A DNA stretch of 50,019 bases from a virus (Duplodnaviria; Heunggongvirae; Uroviricota; Caudoviricetes). Made by a program: the position numbers and the translations under genes. Location of the stretch: IMG/VR virus record IMGVR_UViG_3300047560_001314; one strand, given 5' to 3'. Shown here in pieces: positions 24,779-34,137 of the stretch. Numbering within the stretch: position 1 is the first letter of the stretch; every line of letters starts with the position of its first letter. Below the pieces are notes generated by a model that saw only the letters and a list, made by a program, of their open reading frames with translations, was not told the DNA's origin and did no database searches.

Positions 24779-25461
24779 GCATGGAGCAAAATAAAGATCA
24801 ATATTCAGTAGTTCAGAGAACGCCATCCCTTACGCCTTCTGGCTGGTTTGGTGACAGCAAAGATATGATCGTAGAGTTAGAAAATTTCATGACTCCTGAA
24901 GAAATTGAGTTCTTGGAAAAGGCTGCAAAGTCTATTACAATTTGGGATGTTACTCAAAGCCATGTTAATGAAAATGGAACAGTTGTCTACGACTCAGATT
25001 ATTGGAAAGACAGAGTTGCAACAAGTCCAACACTAGACAAGAACGATCCTGCAGTTGCGCCCGTGATTGCTGGTTTATTTCAAAGATTAAAGCCAATTGT
25101 CGAAGAGTTCTATAAAGTAGAAGTGGTTCCAACTGGAACAACTATTGTAAGATGGCTTCCTGGTCAATTCCAAAGACCACACGCAGACAAAGAGTTACAT
25201 GAGGGTCCAGATGCTGGAATGCCTAATGATTTCCCACATTATGACTTATCAAGTTTATTCTATTTAAATGATGACTACGAGGGTGGAGAGTTATACTTTC
25301 CATTGCAGGATGTCAAGTTCAAGCCTAAAAAGGGTGCAGCGTATTTCTTCCCAGGAGATAAAAATTATATCCATGGGGTCACTGAGATAAAGAGTGGAAT
25401 TAGATATACTTGCCCATTTTTTTGGGAGATTACAAAGCATACAGGAGAGAGACAGCCATGA
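24775..25461 (+). CDS. 2OG-Fe(II) oxygenase, P4H-like (array 7); start may be 24781
   Basis: HAD, YLNDDYEGGE, H...RY. Confidence 0.9.
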   Translation: MSMEQNKDQYSVVQRTPSLTPSGWFGDSKDMIVELENFMTPEEIEFLEKAAKSITIWDVTQSHVNENGTVVYDSDYWKDRVATSPTLDKNDPAVAPVIAGLFQRLKPIVEEFYKVEVVPTGTTIVRWLPGQFQRPHADKELHEGPDAGMPNDFPHYDLSSLFYLNDDYEGGELYFPLQDVKFKPKKGAAYFFPGDKNYIHGVTEIKSGIRYTCPFFWEITKHTGERQP

Positions 25462-26204
25462 ATCTAAGCAATAAGAAGAGAATAACAAAAGATATTGTTG
25501 TTTATGAAAACTTTTTAGATGCAGAAACATCTGCTAAGATTATTAAGGTTTTAGATAAGCATGCAGAATTAGGTGGTATCTCATGGATGCCAATTTCATT
25601 TTATGAATCATACTCTTCTGTATTGCCACAAGATGATGATGCAGAGGTAATCGCTGAAGGATTGCCAGCAACAATCTTCTCCGATATCGAAAATATAATG
25701 CCAGAGGCAGTTGCTTCAGTTCACGATCTTGATCCAAAAACAATTTGCAAGATTGGCTATCATACACAAAAGTGGGAGCCAGGAGCATATGCAAGAAAGC
25801 ATTCAGACAATACAGATGACAAGGGTAACTCTGGTGCATTTACTAGAAGTAGGTATGCAGGATTTTTGTATCTTAATGATGACTTTGAGGGTGGCCTTTT
25901 AAGATTCCCAGATAATGATATTGAAATCAAGCCACAGGTGGGAATGCTTGCAGTATTCGACGGTGGATTTAACAATATGCATGAAGTTACACTAATAACA
26001 AAGGGTATTCGATACACGATTGGTTCTTTCTGGGATGATAGAGAAGAGTCTGCCTATCCACAGGAACTAAGAGATGCTTGGGCTGAAGAGATGAAGCAAA
26101 CTAGAGCACAACAAGAAATTGAAAGAGCAGAGTGGCAAGGACTGCTTAAAGAAGGTTATAAGTTGGACGATAAAGGCAATAAGTATAGGGTAGAGGATCT
26201 ATAA
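25458..26204 (+). CDS. 2OG-Fe(II) oxygenase, P4H-like (array 8)
   Basis: HSD, YLNDDFEGG, H...RY; ATGA coupling. Confidence 0.9.
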   Translation: MNLSNKKRITKDIVVYENFLDAETSAKIIKVLDKHAELGGISWMPISFYESYSSVLPQDDDAEVIAEGLPATIFSDIENIMPEAVASVHDLDPKTICKIGYHTQKWEPGAYARKHSDNTDDKGNSGAFTRSRYAGFLYLNDDFEGGLLRFPDNDIEIKPQVGMLAVFDGGFNNMHEVTLITKGIRYTIGSFWDDREESAYPQELRDAWAEEMKQTRAQQEIERAEWQGLLKEGYKLDDKGNKYRVEDL

Positions 26205-26867
26205 ATGGAAGTTTTTTTGAAAAAAGAATTAGAGGCCAGCGGTTTCAAACTTGATGTACTACATGACCATGTTGTAGTCGTAGAAGACTTTTTGTCAAAA
26301 ACAGAACTTGATTTATTGCTAGATATTATTGCAACAACAAAAGAAGAAGATTGGTCTATCGAGTACAAGAGAAGCCTTGCTGAATTTTGCATGGAAAAGT
26401 TTGGTAGGGATGATGTTGACAATCTTGTTGCTGAGGGTAAGTATGAGATTACCAAAGGTTGGGATGATAAAAACCTAGACATTGGTAAGCGAGATGTTAG
26501 CAGAACACTTCAAAAGAGACTTGGGGATATTCTTGCTTTGGCAGACAATACACTAGAACTTGCTGGATTTGCAACTCTTCAAAGAATGCAGTCTGGAGTT
26601 CAATTGAAGTCTCATACTGATCAACACACCGATCCATCAATTAGATATGCTGCAATAGTCTATCTTAATGATGACTATGTAGATGGAACACTGTTCTTTA
26701 AAAATATAGAGAACTCTGATTTAAGACCAAAGCCAGGTTCATTGCTTATATTTCCAGGAAATGAAGAATATGAGCATGGTGTAAGGCATGTTGGTGAAGG
26801 CCCAATCAGATATGTGGTTGTTGGCTTTATCAAGGTTAAAGATTTTTACAAGAATAATAAATACTAG
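26205..26867 (+). CDS. 2OG-Fe(II) oxygenase, P4H-like (array 9)
   Basis: HTD, YLNDDYVDG, H...RY. Confidence 0.9.
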   Translation: MEVFLKKELEASGFKLDVLHDHVVVVEDFLSKTELDLLLDIIATTKEEDWSIEYKRSLAEFCMEKFGRDDVDNLVAEGKYEITKGWDDKNLDIGKRDVSRTLQKRLGDILALADNTLELAGFATLQRMQSGVQLKSHTDQHTDPSIRYAAIVYLNDDYVDGTLFFKNIENSDLRPKPGSLLIFPGNEEYEHGVRHVGEGPIRYVVVGFIKVKDFYKNNKY

Positions 26868-26876
26868 GGGGATAAA

Positions 26877-27581
26877 ATGAATAGACAAATTCTAGAAGAA
26901 AAGGTTTATTACTACGAAGATGGAGTAAAAGACTTTGAGCAGTTGATGAAGACTATCGATGAACTTGATAGCCTTGATGCAGATACTGGAACATCCTCTT
27001 GGCATGACTGGACGGCTTCAAATGACAAAGATTTTATTTATGGATCAACAAAGACATTTGACATAAATCAAATTAATAAGTTGGATGAGCCGTATAAGTC
27101 AAAGATGGCATTTGTTTATAAGACAATCATGGATTCATTTTATGATGTTTCTAAGGATTATGCAACTGCACTTGGTGATAATGATGAGCCAAGACTTTTC
27201 CCAACCTTTAATATTAAAAAGTATAAAAAAGGAACATCTATGGGTGCTCACTTTGATCAACTAGATGGAGACCAAACTCTGAGATATTCTTTAGTTATGT
27301 ACCTAAATGATGATTTTGATGGTGGAGAGATTTCTTTCACTATGTCTGACTATGCTGGTATTCTAAATAAGCAAACACCGCATCCAGACTATGATCACCC
27401 AGATAATGCTAAGTTAATGGATTTTTCAATCAAGCCAAAAGCAGGCAGCATTATTATTTTCCCATCGTCAGCACCATATCATCACACTGCTCACCTTGTA
27501 AAGAGCAAGTTTAAGTATATGGTTCCAGGACACTGGATTCATAATAATATGGATTTCTATCGTTCCTCTGGCAGCATGTAG
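26877..27581 (+). CDS. 2OG-Fe(II) oxygenase, P4H-like (array 10)
   Basis: HFD, YLNDDFDGGE, H...KY. Confidence 0.9.
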   Translation: MNRQILEEKVYYYEDGVKDFEQLMKTIDELDSLDADTGTSSWHDWTASNDKDFIYGSTKTFDINQINKLDEPYKSKMAFVYKTIMDSFYDVSKDYATALGDNDEPRLFPTFNIKKYKKGTSMGAHFDQLDGDQTLRYSLVMYLNDDFDGGEISFTMSDYAGILNKQTPHPDYDHPDNAKLMDFSIKPKAGSIIIFPSSAPYHHTAHLVKSKFKYMVPGHWIHNNMDFYRSSGSM

Positions 27582-28243
27582 TGAAAACAGCAATCGTAAC
27601 TGGCGCCAGCAAAGGCGTTGGTTTAGCAACTGTAAAACTTTTATCTGAAAGTGGATATCGGGTTATAGCAGTCTCACGCAATCTGTCTAAGGTTTCTGAA
27701 CTAGTTTCTGATAATGTTGAAGTTTATCAAATGGACATTGCAAATGAAAAAGAGATAGAGAAATTTTATGAAAAGTATCGGGGCATAACTTTGGATCTTT
27801 TAGTAAATAATGCGGGCGGTGGATCAGCACCAACAAACATTATTAGTGAAACAATGGATAATTTTAAGCGGGCCTACGAGATTAATGTCTCTGGTCCAAT
27901 GTATCTATCACAACTATTTGTTTCAGCAATGCAGAAGTCAGAATCTCCAACAATTATATTTATTAGTTCTTTGGGTGGAAAGTTTGCATATCGTGGTGGA
28001 GGAAACTACACTAATGCCAAAAGAGGACAGATGGCTCTAGTTGACACTATGAGGTTAGAGTTTCCAGATTATGGTATCAAGGTAACAGAGATATGTCCTG
28101 GAACAATAGACACACAAGAACAAAAAAGAAATGCTGCATTAAATGCAGAAGACTTAGCAGAATCAATTCGTTGGGTTGCAAGTTTGCCAAGTCATGTTAA
28201 CATTAACCATATAGAATTAAACCATATTCTAAGTGGTAAATAG
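27581..28243 (+). CDS. Short-chain dehydrogenase/reductase (classical SDR, YdfG-like)
   Basis: TGASKGVG, NNAG, YxxxK (YTNAK), ICPG; GTG start overlapping TAG. Confidence 0.9.
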   Translation: MKTAIVTGASKGVGLATVKLLSESGYRVIAVSRNLSKVSELVSDNVEVYQMDIANEKEIEKFYEKYRGITLDLLVNNAGGGSAPTNIISETMDNFKRAYEINVSGPMYLSQLFVSAMQKSESPTIIFISSLGGKFAYRGGGNYTNAKRGQMALVDTMRLEFPDYGIKVTEICPGTIDTQEQKRNAALNAEDLAESIRWVASLPSHVNINHIELNHILSGK

Positions 28244-28342
28244 TATTTTGAATAACTATCAACAATAACTTTAGGGAGAGTTTTGCTTTTTAGAAAACTC
28301 TGCTATAATTAACTCTATTCCGTTTTTGAAAGGACGAAACAC

Positions 28343-30382
28343 ATGTCAGATTTTTTTAGTTTTAGATTAACAGATGAGTTTGTAAATAATTTTGCAACAG
28401 CACCAAATCCTTTTGGATTTAAGGATGCAGCAGAAAACTCACTTGGAGAAATTACCTTTATTCGTACATATTCTCGTGTGAAGGAGGATGGAACTAAGGA
28501 AAGATGGCATGAGGTTTGCCGTCGTGTAATCGAGGGCATGTACTCAGTACAAAAGAATCATGCTAAGGAAAATCGTCTTCCATGGAATGACTATAAGGCT
28601 CAGAAATCAGCACAGGAAGCCTTCCAGAGAATGTTTGAACTTAAGTGGACACCACCAGGAAGAGGTATGTGGACATTTGGAACAGCCATGACAATGGAGA
28701 AGCGTAACTCTGCTGCCCTTCAAAACTGTGCAATGGTATCAACAAAGGATCTTGATAAGAATGATCCAGGAGCATTGTTTGCATGGGTTATGGATGCATT
28801 AATGCTTGGTATTGGCGTTGGATTTGACACTGTAGGACAGGATAAGGGTTTTCAGATCTATGCTCCAACAGAACCAGCAGCGATTTATGATATTCCAGAC
28901 ACTCGTGAAGGATGGGTAGAATCGGTTCGCCTTTTGCTAAACTCTTATCTTCGTTCAAATCAGCCAATCCAGCAGTTTAACTATGACCTCATCCGTCCTC
29001 TAGGAGCCCCAATTAAAGGCTTTGGAGGGGTCGCCAGCGGTCCAGCACCACTTATCCAACTACATACACAGATCGATAAGGTAATCGGCAGTAGAGCAGG
29101 AGAAACTCTTGATTCTCGTGCTATTACAGATATCATTAATCTCATTGGTACCTGTGTTGTTTCTGGAAATGTTCGTCGTTCTGCAACACTTGCTTTAGGT
29201 GCAGCAGGAGACGAAGACTTTATTAATTTAAAGAATGCTGAAGTGTTTCCAGACAGAAACTCATTTGATCCAGAAAACCCAGGATGGGCCTGGATGTCAA
29301 ATAACTCAATTTCTGCAACAGTCGGAATGGACTATGAAAAGTACACCGATCTGATTGTTAATAACGGAGAGCCAGGATTTATCTGGCTTGATGTTGCTCG
29401 TAACTATGGTCGTCTAGCAGATCCTGCAGATGGAAAGGACTATCGTGTTATGGGCTTCAATCCTTGTGCGGAGCAGCCATTGGAGTCGTATGAACTTTGT
29501 ACTCTTGTAGAGGTTCATTTAAATCGACATGAATCCAAGGAGGACTTCCTCAAGACATTGAAGTTTGCTTACCTTTATGGCAAGACAGTTACATTGCTTC
29601 CAACACACTGGCAGCAAACAAACGGTATCATGCAAAGAAACCGTCGCATTGGAACATCTCTTACAGGCATCGCATCATTTGCTGATCAAAAGGGTCTTCC
29701 TATCGTCCGTGAGTGGATGGACGAGGGATATAACACAATCCGTAAGTATGACCGTCAATATTCAGAATGGCTTTGTGTTCGTGAATCGATTCGTGTAACA
29801 ACTGTTAAGCCATCTGGTTCTGTATCAATTCTTTCTGGTGCAACTCCTGGAGTTCACTGGGGACCTGGAGGAAACTTCTTCCTTCGTGCAATTCGTTTTG
29901 GTGAAACAGATCCAATGCTTCATTTATTTAAGGCAGCGGGATACAAGATTGAAAAAGACCTTGTATCAGCAAATACACAGGTAGTTTATTTCCCAGTAAA
30001 GTCTGGTCACCCAAGATCAGAAAAGGATGTAACGCTATTTGAAAAGATTGCTCTCGCAGCAACTGCTCAGAAGTATTGGTCAGACAATGGTGTTTCTGTT
30101 ACACTATCTTTTGATAAGGAAACAGAAGCAAAGCATGTTGCACCAGCACTTCATATGTATGAGGGGCAACTCAAGGCAGTCTCATTCCTTCCAATGGGAA
30201 ACACAGTTTATCCACAACAGCCATACACACAAATTACAGAAGAAGAGTATGAGTCTTATGTAGGAGTTTTAAAGCATATTGACTTCTCTGCTATTTATGA
30301 TGGAAACGATAATCTTGAGGCACAGGGTGAAGCCTATTGCACAACCGATTATTGCGAAATTAAGGTAGAAACTAAAAAGTAG
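28343..30382 (+). CDS. nrdJ: Class II (adenosylcobalamin-dependent) ribonucleotide reductase, monomeric RTPR type
   Basis: NCA, GNVRRSA, NPCAEQPL, TVKPSGSVS, C-terminal CTTDYC redox pair; no intein seen. Confidence 0.9.
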   Translation: MSDFFSFRLTDEFVNNFATAPNPFGFKDAAENSLGEITFIRTYSRVKEDGTKERWHEVCRRVIEGMYSVQKNHAKENRLPWNDYKAQKSAQEAFQRMFELKWTPPGRGMWTFGTAMTMEKRNSAALQNCAMVSTKDLDKNDPGALFAWVMDALMLGIGVGFDTVGQDKGFQIYAPTEPAAIYDIPDTREGWVESVRLLLNSYLRSNQPIQQFNYDLIRPLGAPIKGFGGVASGPAPLIQLHTQIDKVIGSRAGETLDSRAITDIINLIGTCVVSGNVRRSATLALGAAGDEDFINLKNAEVFPDRNSFDPENPGWAWMSNNSISATVGMDYEKYTDLIVNNGEPGFIWLDVARNYGRLADPADGKDYRVMGFNPCAEQPLESYELCTLVEVHLNRHESKEDFLKTLKFAYLYGKTVTLLPTHWQQTNGIMQRNRRIGTSLTGIASFADQKGLPIVREWMDEGYNTIRKYDRQYSEWLCVRESIRVTTVKPSGSVSILSGATPGVHWGPGGNFFLRAIRFGETDPMLHLFKAAGYKIEKDLVSANTQVVYFPVKSGHPRSEKDVTLFEKIALAATAQKYWSDNGVSVTLSFDKETEAKHVAPALHMYEGQLKAVSFLPMGNTVYPQQPYTQITEEEYESYVGVLKHIDFSAIYDGNDNLEAQGEAYCTTDYCEIKVETKK

Positions 30383-30405
30383 TTGTATGGTAAAATAGAC
30401 TTATA

Positions 30406-33400
30406 ATGTCTACTGCATCAAACCTATACGCTGAGAAGGTGTTTTCAGAACACCCTCTAGCGTTGTGGGCTTTGGATGATAAAGCAGACTATATTTCTGT
30501 TATAACAGAGCAACAAAGGATCTTTTCAAATTGGCAAATTACAGGTGGAACTTCTAGTCAATCTTATAATGCCACAAGTCCATTTCCAGAAAGTATCACT
30601 AATCAAATAGATGTAACAGTGTCTAGCACTGGTTTTGGTCAAATTGTTTGCATTAGTGATGACATAGTAAACTTTTCAGATCTAAACCAAGCGTTAAAAA
30701 CATTTTCTATTGGTGGGTACTTTTATTCTGCCTCTGCAGCAATTTCAGGGTTTGAATTAGGGTACGAATATTATGATGTTACAACTGGAACTGTAGTCCA
30801 ATATCTAAAGTCTTTTAATGCTCCTATTAACGATAATTGGATCTTCTTGTCTGAGACATTTGAGATTCCAAATGACAATACAACTTTGAGAATTGTGGCA
30901 AAAATAAACTACTTTTCTTCAATTACAATAGAGGACACATATACATTTTTAGTAAATGGTATTACTCTGGGCCAATGGTCGGAAGAATTTAACTCTACAT
31001 CTTTGGGTGTAATTGAATCAGAAATTCCAGAGGGTATTTTAAGTGGAGGTCCCCATTATGGCGTTGAGGTTGTGGCATACGGACTAGCAGAAAACCCTGG
31101 ATACTATCTAACATCTAATAAATCTTTTGTTGCAAAAAATACTGGAATTCCAATGGTGTATGGTGCAACAGGAATAACCAAACTTTTTCCTAACAACGGA
31201 CTTCCTTCTTTGGTTTTGCCAGGGGAGGGATTCTTACATGAAAATGGAAAGTATAACAATTATACATTTGAAATGTGGACAAGAATCTCAAATGATTCTA
31301 CTACTCCAAAGAAAATTTTTGGACCTATAAATGGATCAGATGGACTGTGGGTGGATGGACCATTTATAGTTTTAAAGATAAATGATCATGTAGGAACTCA
31401 CTATGTTGGTGAATGGGGCAAACCAATGCTTCTAGATATTGTTTATGGTTCTACGGGGGCTAACCTCATCCTGAATGGGGACCAAGCAATATCCCTATCA
31501 TTTAATAGTTCCGACCTTAACTTTGCTGACAATACTTCTGACTGGCTTGGATTTTGGTCTTATTCAGATGTTCCGTCAGTTGAACTAGATGCCGTAGCAA
31601 TATATTCATATCAGGTTTCGGCAATTCTTGCAAAGCGCAGATTTGTATATGGGCAGGGAGTTGAGTTTCCAGAAAATATTAATACTGCATATAGTGGATC
31701 CTCTGTATTCATTGATTATCAGTATGCAGATTATACTAACAACTATGTGTACCCAGATCTGGGAAGATGGAATCAGGGAATTAAAAACAACTTAATTATT
31801 AAAAATAATATATTGTCTGCTCCAGATTACCAGGTTCCAACTTTAGTTTTAGAGTCTGGAGTCTCATCAGAACTTTCAGATCTTGTTTTTACAGATACGG
31901 TCCAATCTGAGTCGCAGACATTTTTTACATTTAAACCAAACTCTCAGTGGAGTAAGAAGGGCTATTTGCTTTTTGATAATTTTAACTTTTTGCAGGAAGA
32001 GGTAAAAGCATTCTACGCACTGATCAAGGTAAAGGAAGTGCCATCTGCAGAAGAAGTCGTTCTACATATTGAGTCTGAAAACACTAACAACTATTTTTCT
32101 ATTGTTATTAATGGTACAAACATAGATTACAAACTTTCTTATAATGGAACTACATCTGTTGTATATTCTGGACTTGAGTATGATCTAGGAGAAATTTTTC
32201 CAGTAGGAATAGATATTGATAAATTTTCTTCATATTTTGGAGGAAACCTACTTTCATTTTTTGGCAATAGAACTGGTCTCAAAATGTATGTCGGAGGCAC
32301 AAAGAACTTTACATCAAGTTTTTCTGGAAACATCTATAATGTCGGATTCTCAAATGCTGCAAACCTTTATGAGATTAAAGATCTATTTAATGTCAAGGGA
32401 TGCGTATTAGAGTACGAAGATGTGTTTGATCTTTACACATCGCAAATAGATTATGACGGAGGGCAATATACTGGCAATGATGCTAACTTTTGGAGATTCT
32501 ATGTAGATGGCGGATCTCCTACAGATTACTCCTCTTATAGACTAACAGACCATGTTGCTAGTTATACACTAATAGTTAAAAACTATTTTGATAAGTATTA
32601 TTTTGATATTGCTGTAAAGTCTTCTTGGAAAGATTATATTCCTCTTACATATTTTGCAGAGTTGGTAAAAGATGTTAATGGGGACGAGTATTACGACTTA
32701 GATTTTATTCAATTTAATATAGACTACCCAGCCCCATCTAGTTTTATAGAGGTTCCATCAACACCAATTCCTTGGAAATATGGAAATCCAACGGTATTAG
32801 ATGATGGTCAAGTAATACCTTCATTAACTGAGACATACTCCAACCCAGTTAAAAGAACCTATTCGGCTTTGGACAATAGGCTTTTTACTGGATATAATGA
32901 CTACGAAGACTTAAAAAATAAATCGGCAAAGACATACACATATGATACCTCTGGCTCATATGTTAGGTCGTATGTAACATTTGAATATACTGCTTCAGGA
33001 CTAAACACTACAGATTCATATTTTACAAATGTGCTAGGTGCTCCAAGAGAAGGTATTGTCGATCCAGATTCACAGTGGCTTACAACAAAGTACGAGGTTG
33101 TAGATAGCATGCTTATTTATCCTCCAACAGAGGACATATCAGAACTATCCCTTGTAACTAGAATTGATTTTGCGATAGACGGAATCCTAACACATAACAT
33201 AAAATTAAAAACATTAGAGTATGCTGCAGAGGCATTTAACGAATCGATACCAAATCCAGTTGGAACAAAGTTTGGAACACCAATATACCCATACAGAAAA
33301 ACTGGGTACTATTATAATTACAAGAACAAGAATCCTTTTGTTATTTATAAAAAGAGTAGCCCATACCTTTATTTAACTAGATATAGCGGTATAACTTTAA

Positions 33401-34119
33401 AGGGGCAGTATGACCCTGCTATTGATAGAGGACTCGCTATACCAGTAAACCAGACTCTAGCAGAGCAGTATAAGGTTATGGCTATGCAGGCAGCAATAAG
33501 ATTTGACCAAGACTTTTTTCCATATGCTCCAACACAAATTTTTGAGATTGAAGCAAAAAATCAACACATAAAGTTTTTTATGGTTGCAAATAGTGCTGAT
33601 GGAAATCGAGCAAGAATTTATGGAATTAATGCAAAAACTGGTCAACTTGAAAACGGTATTAGTTTTTATTGGAACGGTAAACTAGTAAGAGAGCCAATCC
33701 TAACAATTAAAGAGTGGGGATTCCTAGGAGTCTCGTTCTCTAATGTTTTAGACTTTAGAAATGTCTCAGGACTGATTAAGATCACTGGTCCAGTAACCTT
33801 TAACACTATTTCTTACTATCAAACAACAACCCTTCAAGAGGTACAGAATGTTACAACAAGGCCCTGGTTTAAGGTTTTGTATGCTGGGGCATCCGAACTA
33901 GATTGGCAATTCTGGAACATTCCAGCCTATCAGTGGGGAGATGTCATGGTTATTTCGACAAAAAGTTACTATGGAGTAGATCCTGAGATTATTTATAAGA
34001 GTTATACTGGCACAAATAAGATTATTGTTGGTAGCGATGATGTTTTTAGTCTTGGAAACTATGAGTATAACTTCTATCAGGCAGCCTCATGGCAACAAAC
34101 CACTGCCAATGCTGTTTAA
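30406..34119 (+). CDS. Large virion protein with LamG/concanavalin-like domain(s)
   Basis: 1237 aa; starts YAEKVFSEHPLALWALDD; YTFEMW and ELDAVAIYSY LamG-type strands. Confidence 0.65.
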   Translation: MSTASNLYAEKVFSEHPLALWALDDKADYISVITEQQRIFSNWQITGGTSSQSYNATSPFPESITNQIDVTVSSTGFGQIVCISDDIVNFSDLNQALKTFSIGGYFYSASAAISGFELGYEYYDVTTGTVVQYLKSFNAPINDNWIFLSETFEIPNDNTTLRIVAKINYFSSITIEDTYTFLVNGITLGQWSEEFNSTSLGVIESEIPEGILSGGPHYGVEVVAYGLAENPGYYLTSNKSFVAKNTGIPMVYGATGITKLFPNNGLPSLVLPGEGFLHENGKYNNYTFEMWTRISNDSTTPKKIFGPINGSDGLWVDGPFIVLKINDHVGTHYVGEWGKPMLLDIVYGSTGANLILNGDQAISLSFNSSDLNFADNTSDWLGFWSYSDVPSVELDAVAIYSYQVSAILAKRRFVYGQGVEFPENINTAYSGSSVFIDYQYADYTNNYVYPDLGRWNQGIKNNLIIKNNILSAPDYQVPTLVLESGVSSELSDLVFTDTVQSESQTFFTFKPNSQWSKKGYLLFDNFNFLQEEVKAFYALIKVKEVPSAEEVVLHIESENTNNYFSIVINGTNIDYKLSYNGTTSVVYSGLEYDLGEIFPVGIDIDKFSSYFGGNLLSFFGNRTGLKMYVGGTKNFTSSFSGNIYNVGFSNAANLYEIKDLFNVKGCVLEYEDVFDLYTSQIDYDGGQYTGNDANFWRFYVDGGSPTDYSSYRLTDHVASYTLIVKNYFDKYYFDIAVKSSWKDYIPLTYFAELVKDVNGDEYYDLDFIQFNIDYPAPSSFIEVPSTPIPWKYGNPTVLDDGQVIPSLTETYSNPVKRTYSALDNRLFTGYNDYEDLKNKSAKTYTYDTSGSYVRSYVTFEYTASGLNTTDSYFTNVLGAPREGIVDPDSQWLTTKYEVVDSMLIYPPTEDISELSLVTRIDFAIDGILTHNIKLKTLEYAAEAFNESIPNPVGTKFGTPIYPYRKTGYYYNYKNKNPFVIYKKSSPYLYLTRYSGITLKGQYDPAIDRGLAIPVNQTLAEQYKVMAMQAAIRFDQDFFPYAPTQIFEIEAKNQHIKFFMVANSADGNRARIYGINAKTGQLENGISFYWNGKLVREPILTIKEWGFLGVSFSNVLDFRNVSGLIKITGPVTFNTISYYQTTTLQEVQNVTTRPWFKVLYAGASELDWQFWNIPAYQWGDVMVISTKSYYGVDPEIIYKSYTGTNKIIVGSDDVFSLGNYEYNFYQAASWQQTTANAV

Positions 34120-34137
34120 TATGGTATACTTATGGTT

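Noticed and set aside
18914-27581. Oxygenases as TET/JBP or AlkB DNA-modifying enzymes
   Set aside because: Motifs match the P4H/PF13640 pattern; no methyltransferase, glycosyltransferase or polymerase neighbours in the window; not formally excluded
28343-30382. Intein or intron in nrdJ
   Set aside because: Length (679 aa) and continuous motifs leave no room for an insertion
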